NCBI GenBank assembly: GCA_964467385.1
Contig: CAYXQC010000001.1
Coordinates: forward strand, 71,896 to 135,895
Direction: 5' to 3'
Length of the DNA: 64,000 bases
Source: an uncultured Candidatus Saccharibacteria bacterium
GTDB taxonomy: Bacteria > Patescibacteriota > Minisyncoccia > Phycocordibacterales > CAIZLB01
Part shown: piece after piece, positions 1 to 8,867 of the stretch
Position numbering within the stretch: the first letter of the stretch is position 1
How the letters are laid out: each line of letters starts with the position of its first letter
Notes under the pieces: generated by a model
The model's database searches: none
What the model was told of the DNA's origin: nothing
The model's input: the letters and a program-made list of their open reading frames with translations, nothing else
Position numbers and translations under genes: made by a program

Positions 1-2
1 TT

Positions 3-1757
3 GAACTATTAGACGGCCAAATTAGGGATACTCAAGAACTTATTGCAAAACAAGATGAATTAATTGCCGCTGCAAATAAAGATATAGTCGATAAAACGAT
101 TTTAGCAAAATACAAAGATGCAATAGATACAGGTACTTCACAACTTAATGATCGAAATACAATTGCTGCACTTGCAGACAGAAATGCTTCTGCCAATAAG
201 ATACTCGTTGTTGCAAAACCAAAAATTGAAGCTGCAAAAAACGCACTTACACAACTTGAGACACAGCTTGCAATGCTTGGAAAGGTTTACTCAACAATGG
301 AATCTGATGCTAAAGCTGTGGCAGATCTCGAAGGCTCTTTGCCACCTCTCAAAGCAGAATATTCTGCGCTTAGCTTAAAGATAGAAGACCGAAGAAAAAT
401 AGACACCCTTGCAGCAGGTGTAAAGTCTGCTGAGTCACAGGTTAATGCTGCTAAGGCGAATAGGAGAGCAACAAAGGCTGTGATTGATAAATTGGTTGAG
501 GTGTACAACAAAACGAAAGCCGAATATGACAAAGCCATTTCTGTATATCTGGCTAAATATAACGATAATAGTTCAGTAAGTAGCCTAGTCTCAAAATTGA
601 GTGATATTACCGGAAAAATCTCAGCAATAAATACAAACCTCCCACGCTTGAAATCTCAGTTTGCCACAAAATATAAAGGCGTCACATTGGATACAACGAA
701 AACAAAGCTTGATCAATTCGAACGAAACTACAATGATCAAAAAAATAAAACACAGATAGTTGTTGATCAATATAATAAAGACATTGATACATATAAAAAT
801 ACATTTATACCTGAATACAATGCAGCGCTGAGCCAATTCAATTCGAAATACTCTAACCCGGGCCTCACAGTTGACCAACTCAATACTTTGATAAAAAAGG
901 CAACTGACACCTATAATGCAAATCTTGATAAAAACAAAAAAGTTCAGGAAAAAATTACTGAAATCCAAAAGACAAAAGATCAGTATTCTCAGAACATAGT
1001 AGATCTAACAGCACAAAAATCAGAAATTAAAAATCATAGAGCTTCAATTGTTGCCGATATTGAGAATCATAGAAAAGAAATTGAAAATGCCAAATCAAAC
1101 ATCTGCCCGACAAACGAAACTCAATGTTCTGATGAGGTTGATAATGATAGGGATGGTGCGGTGGATTGTGGAGACTCGGACTGTGTAGAGAGTTCTGCTT
1201 GTGTGATTACGGAAGAGAAGACTACAGAGCCTCCTGTATCAAAAGAATCAGCGATAATTATCGGAGTAGACACTTCTGGTGTCTCAAAATCTACTTCAGT
1301 AAAAGACGCACAGAATACTGCAAATACACTTGACTCTATTGAGACTATTGGAACTGTTAGTACTTACCCAAGTGATAATCAAATAGAGGTTAGCTCAAGT
1401 TTAAGTGAAATAGTTATAAACTTCGACAAAGATATATATTCAGTCAACGAAGGTGAGCTTATTTTTGTACCTGATAATAATACCGGAGCAACGATTCGTG
1501 CTACAACAATTGGAGTGGACCCAAACAATTATTCGGTTATACATGCAGGAAACTTTGATGGAGAATTTGCTCTTAATTCTACATATAGTGTGTATGCACA
1601 ACTAGAACTTGTGGTGGATGATAAAGTGATTGCTTGGAATAAAACTTGGTCGTTTACAGTCGGAACACCTGAAAATGTTTCTTTTGATGATAATGCTACT
1701 GATAATAATAGTGGAAAAAGAAATATATATGGACAAGTGCAAGGAGTATGGAAATAG
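3..1757 (+). CDS. Large surface/secreted protein, 5'-partial: coiled-coil stalk, Cys/Asp-rich Ca-binding-like motif, C-terminal SbsA/Big_5-like Ig domain
   Basis: The frame of ORF 273..1757 is open back to position 3, so the gene starts before the window. It has a long K/Q/E/N-rich heptad region, the motif ETQCSDEVDNDRDGAVDCGDSDC, and Big_5-like VSTYPSDNQIEVSSSLSEIVINFDKDI...WSFTVG. Confidence 0.7.
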   Translation, partial: ELLDGQIRDTQELIAKQDELIAAANKDIVDKTILAKYKDAIDTGTSQLNDRNTIAALADRNASANKILVVAKPKIEAAKNALTQLETQLAMLGKVYSTMESDAKAVADLEGSLPPLKAEYSALSLKIEDRRKIDTLAAGVKSAESQVNAAKANRRATKAVIDKLVEVYNKTKAEYDKAISVYLAKYNDNSSVSSLVSKLSDITGKISAINTNLPRLKSQFATKYKGVTLDTTKTKLDQFERNYNDQKNKTQIVVDQYNKDIDTYKNTFIPEYNAALSQFNSKYSNPGLTVDQLNTLIKKATDTYNANLDKNKKVQEKITEIQKTKDQYSQNIVDLTAQKSEIKNHRASIVADIENHRKEIENAKSNICPTNETQCSDEVDNDRDGAVDCGDSDCVESSACVITEEKTTEPPVSKESAIIIGVDTSGVSKSTSVKDAQNTANTLDSIETIGTVSTYPSDNQIEVSSSLSEIVINFDKDIYSVNEGELIFVPDNNTGATIRATTIGVDPNNYSVIHAGNFDGEFALNSTYSVYAQLELVVDDKVIAWNKTWSFTVGTPENVSFDDNATDNNSGKRNIYGQVQGVWK

Positions 1758-1774
1758 TCTATAATACCTAGCAT

Positions 1775-2368
1775 ATGAAAAAATACATTGCAGAATTCAT
1801 GGGGACAGCTGTCCTCGCACTGGCTATCATCGGTTCTTTTGCAGCGGGGTCAGGTTTTGTGACTATGCTAACAGTCGGTATTACACTTGGTCTTGTTGTC
1901 GCCACTGTTGGCTCTATAAGCGGTGCACATATTAACCCTGCAGTTACACTTGGACTTCTTAGTCTTCGAAAGATTCATTGGAAAGAAGCACTCTTTTATA
2001 TTCTTGCACAGTTTGCTGGTGCTGCACTTGCTATGGTTTTGATGCGACTCCAAAGTCTCCCTACTCCAAATCTCGACCATGTATTTTCTTGGACCTCACT
2101 CATTGCTGAATTTATCGGTGCATTTGTATTTACATTTGGTATTGCATCTGTCGTCCTTGCTCACGATGGTCACGAATCTTCAAAACATGCCCCGTTTGTG
2201 ATTGGAGCTTCGCTTACTATCGGTGCTACTATTGCATTCGGTCTTGGTTCAAATGCAGTTCTCAATCCTGCGGTGGCGTTTGGTATAGGTTCACTCGGAC
2301 TTACTTATGTGATCGGACCGATACTTGGTTCTCTTGCGGGTATGTGGCTTTTTAAGGCTCTTAGATAA
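1775..2368 (+). CDS. Aquaporin (MIP family channel)
   Basis: AEFMGT start, two NPA motifs (SGAHINPAVT, VLNPAVA), hydrophobic helices. Confidence 0.93.
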   Translation: MKKYIAEFMGTAVLALAIIGSFAAGSGFVTMLTVGITLGLVVATVGSISGAHINPAVTLGLLSLRKIHWKEALFYILAQFAGAALAMVLMRLQSLPTPNLDHVFSWTSLIAEFIGAFVFTFGIASVVLAHDGHESSKHAPFVIGASLTIGATIAFGLGSNAVLNPAVAFGIGSLGLTYVIGPILGSLAGMWLFKALR

Positions 2369-2403
2369 TTAGGTCGCGTATTTGTTAGTTATATTTAGCG
2401 CTC

Positions 2404-2434
2404 GGTATAAATTCTAACTTGGTATAAATTCTAA
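2404..2434. repeat. Direct repeat GGTATAAATTCTAA x2 (17-bp period) upstream of the NAD(P)H oxidoreductase gene
   Basis: Identical 14-mers at 2404-2417 and 2421-2434. Confidence 0.8.
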
Positions 2435-2461
2435 ATCGAAAATTTCTCACATATATAAAAC

Positions 2462-3037
2462 ATGAAAACACTTATCGTAACTGCTCATCCAAGCTCAAAG
2501 GGATTCACTCATCAGATTGCTGAAGCGTATAAAAATGCACAGGAAAAGAGAGGTGTTGAAGTTGAGATTCTTGATCTCTATAAGACTGAACTCAAGCAAG
2601 ATTTTATGCGTTTCGAAGAACCGAGCGATATGGGAAATCCAGATCTGGTAAAAGACGCGATGCGAAAAAAGATCACTGAAGCAAACAATATTGTATTTGT
2701 GCATCCTATGTGGTGGGTGAGTATGCCTTCAATTCTTAAAAATTATATCGATATAAACTTCGGTGCGCGATATGCATATCGGTATATAAACGGTCGGCCA
2801 GTGGGACTTCTGGGCGGACGTACGGCTTCTGTATACATCACATGTGATGGTTCACGGTGGATTTACTATGTTATAGGTATGCCATTTTGGATTATTTGGA
2901 AATTCGGTATTCTTGGGTTTTGTGGTATGAAAGTAAAACGTATTAAGCTTTTCGATCGAAAGCTCTTCCGAACAGATGATGAGAAAAAAGCTTTTCTAGA
3001 TAAAGTAAAAGGTTGGGCAATTAAGGATGTCAAGTAA
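2462..3037 (+). CDS. Flavodoxin-fold NAD(P)H-dependent (quinone) oxidoreductase, Flavodoxin_2 family
   Basis: LIVTAHPSSKGFT, LDLY and VFVHPMWWVSMPSILKNYID motifs. Confidence 0.88.
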   Translation: MKTLIVTAHPSSKGFTHQIAEAYKNAQEKRGVEVEILDLYKTELKQDFMRFEEPSDMGNPDLVKDAMRKKITEANNIVFVHPMWWVSMPSILKNYIDINFGARYAYRYINGRPVGLLGGRTASVYITCDGSRWIYYVIGMPFWIIWKFGILGFCGMKVKRIKLFDRKLFRTDDEKKAFLDKVKGWAIKDVK

Positions 3038-3038
3038 A

Positions 3039-3611
3039 ATGAAAAGAAAAATTCAAACGATTGGAGCAATAGTTGCACTGTTGCTAATTGCTTTGGTGAT
3101 GCAAATTTTTTTGGAAAAAAAAGAGAGCAGCGAGCAGAAATACGACATAAGTTTTAATACAAAGATAACTTCGAAAAGTGTAGGCGCGGAAACTTTTCAG
3201 ACGGATGGTCTAGAATCCAGATACATCAAATATGGTCTAGGGAAAAGATATGGTTTTGCGCGAGAAGATGATTCGTATTTTATTTTCAAAACAACAGTTG
3301 CTCATAATGAAGAGTTGAGAGAAAAAGGTCTAGGTGGACGAGAAAGTCTAGCAAAAGATGAGGCTATGTTGTTTGTCTTCGACTATGATAACTTGTGGTC
3401 ATTTTGGATGAAAGATATGAAGTTTCCAATTGATATGATTTGGCTCGATGCAGACCAAAAAGTAGTTCATTTTGAATCAAATGTAAGCCCTGATACGTAC
3501 CCACAATCTTTCAGACCCACAAGTCTCGCACGATATGTACTTGAGGTAAAAGCCGGAATGGTTCAGGAAATGCAACTTGAACTCGGGGATCAATTTGTAA
3601 AATATATTTAG
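3039..3611 (+). CDS. DUF192 family protein with N-terminal membrane anchor
   Basis: REKGLGGRESL...MLFVF...FWMKDMKFPIDMIWLD...YVLEVKAG signature. ATG 3039 directly follows the upstream stop. Confidence 0.88.
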   Translation: MKRKIQTIGAIVALLLIALVMQIFLEKKESSEQKYDISFNTKITSKSVGAETFQTDGLESRYIKYGLGKRYGFAREDDSYFIFKTTVAHNEELREKGLGGRESLAKDEAMLFVFDYDNLWSFWMKDMKFPIDMIWLDADQKVVHFESNVSPDTYPQSFRPTSLARYVLEVKAGMVQEMQLELGDQFVKYI

Positions 3612-3879
3612 CTGTACATTGACGGCTTGTGTGAAAATTTCTCAAAATTTACTTTTTTACACTCAGTAAAATTGCACATGATTGGTATAGCGTTTTTGTA
3701 AATTTTAGCTTTCTGTAAAATATAACAGTAAAATAAATAAAAAATAAAAACACCCAGTGTCTCCGAAGAGGTGGGCGCTTATTGCATGAGCGATCCGAGG
3801 TGGATGCGCTGTGGCAGGGCTTCTGGTTGAAGCTTGCTGTTCACAACGCATCCTGAGCACGGATTCGGGCATGAGGGGT

Positions 3880-4719
3880 TTAGGGGCGGCGGGGTTTGAT
3901 GAGCGGGGAGGGTGCTGTCGGTGTCACAGGAAGTGCTGCAGACACTGTTGCTACTGGCGACTTGACGGTTTTGCTGTGGTAATCCCGACGCTTTTCAGCA
4001 GTCGGAAACCAGAGTCCATAGCCGTTGTCATCGCGACCTCCAGGGAAAGGGAGGTGAGCGTAGCAAAACTCTGACATGTCTTGAGCGTTGAGGTCGGTGG
4101 GGGTTAAATACACACCGATCCTTTCATGCACAGAGATAGTCAAGAATTTCACTTTGTCGAATTCCATGTTATCCGGCAGATAGGCTACGAAATACTTGAT
4201 GTCGCGTTTCGGAGAATCTTTGGGATTTACAGGGTATTCGGTGTAGACGCTTTGCAACAGAACCTTCAGCAATGCTGGTTTGCCTGTTTCGGGTTCCGAA
4301 GGGAACTTCTCATGAACTTCAGAGATCGGTTTGCCTGTGAGCTCACCGGAGTCTTTGAATTTCATGATGAAATAGGAGTTGCTCTCGTACTTTTTGAAGG
4401 TGCTTGCGAGCAGGACAGCCTTTTCCTTGTCTGAACTTCTCGAAGCGACCGCTTCGAGAGCGACCCTGACTTCCTCTTGGAAAGAGGCGTCAGTCTCATG
4501 AAGGATGTTCACGAGGGTGTCGTCAGAGGGGTACAGTGTTTCCATCACCTTTGCTCGACGGTCACGTTCGGCATCACGTGCCGCTTCCTTTTCAGCTTCA
4601 CGCTTCTTTTCATGGAAGGTGAGACGCTTTTTGGGAGAATTCCGATCGGCTGCGAAGCCGCTCAGAGTAGTGAGCACAAACGTGGCGAATGCCACGAGGA
4701 GGAACATGGTGTTCTTCAT
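3880..4719 (-). CDS. Orphan secreted protein (signal peptide) in a visibly more GC-rich segment
   Basis: 279-aa ORF with N-terminal MKNTMFLLVAFATFVLTTLSGFA signal peptide and Pro-rich tail. Own promoter (TTTACT-17-TACACT on minus strand, about 4864-4892). No recognisable family. Confidence 0.7.
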   Translation of the reverse strand: MKNTMFLLVAFATFVLTTLSGFAADRNSPKKRLTFHEKKREAEKEAARDAERDRRAKVMETLYPSDDTLVNILHETDASFQEEVRVALEAVASRSSDKEKAVLLASTFKKYESNSYFIMKFKDSGELTGKPISEVHEKFPSEPETGKPALLKVLLQSVYTEYPVNPKDSPKRDIKYFVAYLPDNMEFDKVKFLTISVHERIGVYLTPTDLNAQDMSEFCYAHLPFPGGRDDNGYGLWFPTAEKRRDYHSKTVKSPVATVSAALPVTPTAPSPLIKPRRP

Positions 4720-4917
4720 AATGTCATGCTGGGATTGCGGAGTTTGGTTTTTATGCGGGGAGACAGCACGTCGCTGTCTCTGGTCCCGGGACTTTGAAGC
4801 TTGTAAGCCTATGTCTTGCCTGGTGGCAGTACCTTAAGCGGAGGGCTCCTTTTTGTGATCATAGTGTACCATAAGTGTCTGTTTTAGTAAATGCACCTCA
4901 AAAATGCCGCTATAAAA

Positions 4918-4951
4918 ACATACACCACGCCCATGTAGACGTGGTGTATGT
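4918..4951 (-). terminator. Intrinsic terminator of the TPR / Cys-rich protein operon
   Basis: ACATACACCACG...CGTGGTGTATGT 12-bp stem with a T-tract on the minus strand. Confidence 0.7.
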
Positions 4952-4981
4952 AGGATGGTTACAAGCTAGGGTTCTGGGAGA

Positions 4982-6970
4982 CTAGATTTCCTTGTAGTCT
5001 GGGCTAATCGTACATCGTGCACTTTTGATCTGGAATGTAACGCCTTGGTAACACATGAGTGAATATGCGCCAGGGCCTACTCGAACACCACTCAAATTAT
5101 TATCTGCAACTGGATTACCATTGATTCGACATCCTTGTTCAGGGTCAGTAATTGTTGAATCAATGTTTGATTTCCATGTAAGGTTACATCCATCACCAAT
5201 TTTTGAGACAATGCTTGGCTGTGCTTTGAATTGATCAATAAGTCCTGTTGATTGATCTGTTTGACATTCAGTACCCTGACACTGTCTAACCTGACATGTT
5301 GGGTTGATGTTATTTCCGTTTTGAATACTTGTACAATTCCAAGAATATATGCCCGTATCATCATCGATCGAAACAGGGGAGTTATCCGTTCCACTAATAC
5401 AGAGATTCGTACTAGGAACTTCTGTCACATATGGTATTTGACTGATAGATCCACATGCTCCAGTTGTTGTGTTCCAACAATATCCAAAGCCGTCAGGTGT
5501 TACATTGTTAGAAGAAAGATATGAGCCATCCTGAGAGCCAGAAACATTTTTACATTGATCAGCTGGTCCACAATCGAGGTCTGTGCAAGGTTCGCATGAT
5601 TGACCATTGCAAGTTCGGATCGCTGAACATTGTACTTCACCTGCGTTACCTCCGTTTGCTACGCTACAGGTCCAGTCATATGAATTTGTATTTGTCGCTA
5701 CTCCGCTTGGAGTACCGTTCTGACATAAGTTACTAGTTGGTTCTGACTCAAATTGTGCACCATTTGAAAGGCCACATTCTGGTGCCATCTCACATTCTCC
5801 AGTTTCATCGTTCGGAACAGTCCCATTTGAACAACAAATACCTTCACCTGAGCGATTGTATCCATCTTCTAGTCCTTGGGTGCCAGCTATGTTTAAACAG
5901 TAATCTTTTGAAGTAACTGTATATGATGAAAGAGCGTCAAGTATGATAGGTGTATTTAGTGGAGTATCTGGTGTTGCGTCTGCTGCTGCCATCCCTGCGA
6001 GATAGGCTTCTTGTGTAGCAACATCTTCCTCTCCACAGGCATCAGACACTGCGGTAGTAGCAGATCCACTTATAGCTACACCTGATTTTATGACTGAAAA
6101 TCCTGTATTTATTTCACAATAATTTCCATCTCCGTCATCAGGGCATTGAGTACCTTCATGATCTCCTGAAGCATGGGTGCCACTTGATCCGCAACTACAT
6201 GTACTATTGTCACATACATCTGCTGGTCTTCGGTTTGATGGTTCGGTGTAGTTATCGTAGCCAGAGTTACAGCAGATTGGATTTGGGTCGATGCAAACAT
6301 CTTGATCGTGTACATAGTGTGGATCTGAACAAAGTGTTGCATCAAAATTTAATCCTTGTGGATCACAGCATGCAGAAATGTATGTACAAATACCACCAGG
6401 TTCTCTTCCTGCGACACTTGGATCTTTATAGTTTGTAGCATTTACATCGGTACAAACTTTTTCCTTTATTGTCGGATCCTCCTCTTCTTCTTGTTCGGGA
6501 TCGGTCCAACCGCAAGACGCAAGGGTATTATCACATCTATATCCTACGTTTGGATTTGTCCCATCAGGGCAACACATTGGTGTACATTGATTGTCATCAC
6601 AGTATTCATCAACATCTGGTTGTTCGCCATTACTACAACAAATAGGATAAGTTGCACTTATGTCACCACTACCTGTATTGTCCCCAGATGTATCACTTGT
6701 ATTATCATATGGATTACTTGGGTCGTATTCTTCTTGTGCAAAAGCGATATTTTCAGTATCTAGATTACCAAAATCAAATCCAGAATTTGAAGCGAATGCC
6801 TTCTCGTTACTTTCTTTAATATCTTCAATCTGTTGTCGTACTAATGTGTTCAAGAAATCTGGATTAGGTGCGGAAAACATAAACCCTGCCAGAATAAAGA
6901 CTGCAGAACATGATGCAAAAAACTTTTTGAATTTACCAACTCCTTGTTTCGAGTAGAGTGTCTTTTTCAT
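4982..6970 (-). CDS. Cys-rich secreted/surface protein with several disulfide-rich repeat types
   Basis: N-terminal TM segment. Repeats CTDVNATNY/CCDPQGLNF, CxNIxGxQ, and CG.S.......P..NLC..GT......Y.W.C modules. Confidence 0.75.
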   Translation of the reverse strand: MKKTLYSKQGVGKFKKFFASCSAVFILAGFMFSAPNPDFLNTLVRQQIEDIKESNEKAFASNSGFDFGNLDTENIAFAQEEYDPSNPYDNTSDTSGDNTGSGDISATYPICCSNGEQPDVDEYCDDNQCTPMCCPDGTNPNVGYRCDNTLASCGWTDPEQEEEEDPTIKEKVCTDVNATNYKDPSVAGREPGGICTYISACCDPQGLNFDATLCSDPHYVHDQDVCIDPNPICCNSGYDNYTEPSNRRPADVCDNSTCSCGSSGTHASGDHEGTQCPDDGDGNYCEINTGFSVIKSGVAISGSATTAVSDACGEEDVATQEAYLAGMAAADATPDTPLNTPIILDALSSYTVTSKDYCLNIAGTQGLEDGYNRSGEGICCSNGTVPNDETGECEMAPECGLSNGAQFESEPTSNLCQNGTPSGVATNTNSYDWTCSVANGGNAGEVQCSAIRTCNGQSCEPCTDLDCGPADQCKNVSGSQDGSYLSSNNVTPDGFGYCWNTTTGACGSISQIPYVTEVPSTNLCISGTDNSPVSIDDDTGIYSWNCTSIQNGNNINPTCQVRQCQGTECQTDQSTGLIDQFKAQPSIVSKIGDGCNLTWKSNIDSTITDPEQGCRINGNPVADNNLSGVRVGPGAYSLMCYQGVTFQIKSARCTISPDYKEI

Positions 6971-6971
6971 A

Positions 6972-8108
6972 TTATTTCTTTAGATTATTAGTAGATGTTG
7001 CACCAGTGCTCCCTGAGAGTATGTCAGTCATTTTTACCGATTTAATCGTGACGGATGTGATTTCGCCGCTGTAGAATTTCGCATACTCAGTTTTTTCTAC
7101 AGCACTCAAGACAGTATCGGTCTTAAGGAGTGAGACTATTTTTTTACCAATTTGATTTGCTTCAGCGTATTTATTTTGCAAGAGATCTGCCTTGTAAAGT
7201 AGGGCATATGCATAGATATAGTCTGGTTTGATAAGAACCGCTTTATTTGCTGCATCTATTATTTGAGCGAGTAAATTGCCGCGTTCTGCAGATGGTGCTG
7301 ATCGATAGAGGTTGATAAGTGTTTCACCAAGAAGTACTGCAGTGTGAACATTTCCAGGTCGATAAGTGAGAGATTTTTTATAATTTTCAACGGCAGCCTT
7401 GTAATTAGGTTTAAGGCTATTTGCAGAACCTAGGATAGCGTATGCTTCACCGAGTATAGCGTTGTTTTTACTCACTGCAGCTGCACTGCTCGCTCTTTTT
7501 TCTGCTTCACCTGGGTTGTTTAGAGTTATGTAGTGTCGCGCCATTCCGAGAAGTGCCATTTCATTTGAAGGCTCTCTGTTTAGTGCTTCTTGGTATCGTG
7601 TGATTGCGAGAGTGAGTTCTCCTTTGTGTTCATGCACCATTCCAAGTCCGACGATTGCATTTGTATTCTGACTATTGCTGATTTTGATTGCTTGGTTAAA
7701 TGAGGCTTCTGCACTCGCTATATTGTTTTGATAGAGTCGTGCTACGCCAGCAAGTCGGTATGTCTCGCTTCGATTCGGGTCCATTTTAACTATTTTGTTT
7801 ATGGTTGAAATAGCTTTAGTGAGCGCTGATTTTGCATTTACAGGTTCAGCATCTGCTTTTTGAATATATGAAGCAGCTAAAAGCTCAAGCGAGTTCAAGT
7901 CATCTGGATGAGTTTTTGTCCAATCTTCAAGTTCTGGAATAACCTCGCTATATTTTCCTTGGTCGAATAATACTTGGTACCCTGTATCAAGTTTTAGTGG
8001 TTTAGTTGCATAATACACAGTCGCTACGCTAATCAAGACAACTGCTATAAGTACAGCTACAACTTTTTTTATACCAACTCTTTTTAAAAATAAAATAAAT
8101 GATCTCAT
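6972..8108 (-). CDS. Membrane-anchored TPR-repeat protein
   Basis: N-terminal TM helix and multiple TPR consensus units (LGMVHEHKGELTLAITRYQEALNREP, LGSANSLKPNYKAAVENYKKSLTYRP). Confidence 0.85.
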   Translation of the reverse strand: MRSFILFLKRVGIKKVVAVLIAVVLISVATVYYATKPLKLDTGYQVLFDQGKYSEVIPELEDWTKTHPDDLNSLELLAASYIQKADAEPVNAKSALTKAISTINKIVKMDPNRSETYRLAGVARLYQNNIASAEASFNQAIKISNSQNTNAIVGLGMVHEHKGELTLAITRYQEALNREPSNEMALLGMARHYITLNNPGEAEKRASSAAAVSKNNAILGEAYAILGSANSLKPNYKAAVENYKKSLTYRPGNVHTAVLLGETLINLYRSAPSAERGNLLAQIIDAANKAVLIKPDYIYAYALLYKADLLQNKYAEANQIGKKIVSLLKTDTVLSAVEKTEYAKFYSGEITSVTIKSVKMTDILSGSTGATSTNNLKK

Positions 8109-8175
8109 ATGCGCCCAATTATAACACTTTTAATATGTTTGGCGGTACAAAATGATGCGTAGTATGTGTATAGAA

Positions 8176-8201
8176 AAAGCCCACCTGTTACGGTGGACTT
8201 C
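8176..8201 (-). terminator. Terminator of rnpB
   Basis: Minus strand AAGTCCACC-GTAACA-GGTGGGCTTTTT immediately after the RNase P RNA 3' end. Confidence 0.7.
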
Positions 8202-8212
8202 TTCATGAAATG

Positions 8213-8729
8213 TGTTGTGTCTATAAGCCGAATTCTGTATCGTTTTTTTGTTCTGCACATATTCTTGCGAATATCTGCAAGTGAAAACAATCTATACGAC
8301 GACAGTCATTTATCTGGACTGATGATTGCTCATCAGTTCGAGCGGCACTTCGGCGAAAGCTACAATAACTGCAACTGTTGCCGACACGGCCTTGCACTCG
8401 GGTAAGGATTTTGCCGTTTCACTCAGCGTTTATGAATTATACGCTGATTAATCTAAAATATCGCACTACTCACTTTTGCCAAAACTTTCGCTTTGTAAAA
8501 TTGATCAATACTTTGCTTCAGATCCGAGACCATTTTCACAATCTCGCGTCACTGCTCGCACCTCATGATTTGCATCAGACGGGGATTACCCGCTACCTGT
8601 CTCCGGTGCTTGATTCACATCAAGCAAGGGGAGTGTTCGGACTTTCCTCCTCGAATAAAATTGAGCGAAAATTGTCCCGGTCAGGACAAAAAACTCAAAC
8701 TAAATTCGAAGCGACTGTCCAACACAACA
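8213..8729 (-). ncRNA. rnpB: RNase P RNA
   Basis: The minus strand carries the conserved motifs GGACAGTCGC, GAGGAAAGTCCGAACAC, GTGAAACGGC, GAGTGCAAG, AGATAAATGACTGTC and ACAGAATTCGGCTTAT. The P1 ends pair (TGTTGTGTT / GACACAACA). An extended -10 TGCTATAAT lies just upstream. Confidence 0.93.
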
Positions 8730-8867
8730 GATACATTATAGCATAGTTTTGTGTTTATTTCAAACAGAGGTATAATTTGTGCATAATGTAGGTCATATTT
8801 CCGCACCTTTTCATTACATTTTAATCAAACTTTTATTAATTCTTTAGGAAATCTTTCAAAATTATAT

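Noticed and set aside
3811-4837. Plus-strand ORFs 3811..4074, 4126..4434, 4477..4797 and 4505..4837
   Set aside because: They are antisense shadows of the 279-aa minus-strand gene in a GC-richer segment with fewer stops.
8105-8746. ORFs 8105..8290, 8166..8405 and 8378..8746
   Set aside because: They overlap the RNase P RNA and have no protein-like features, so they are shadow ORFs.
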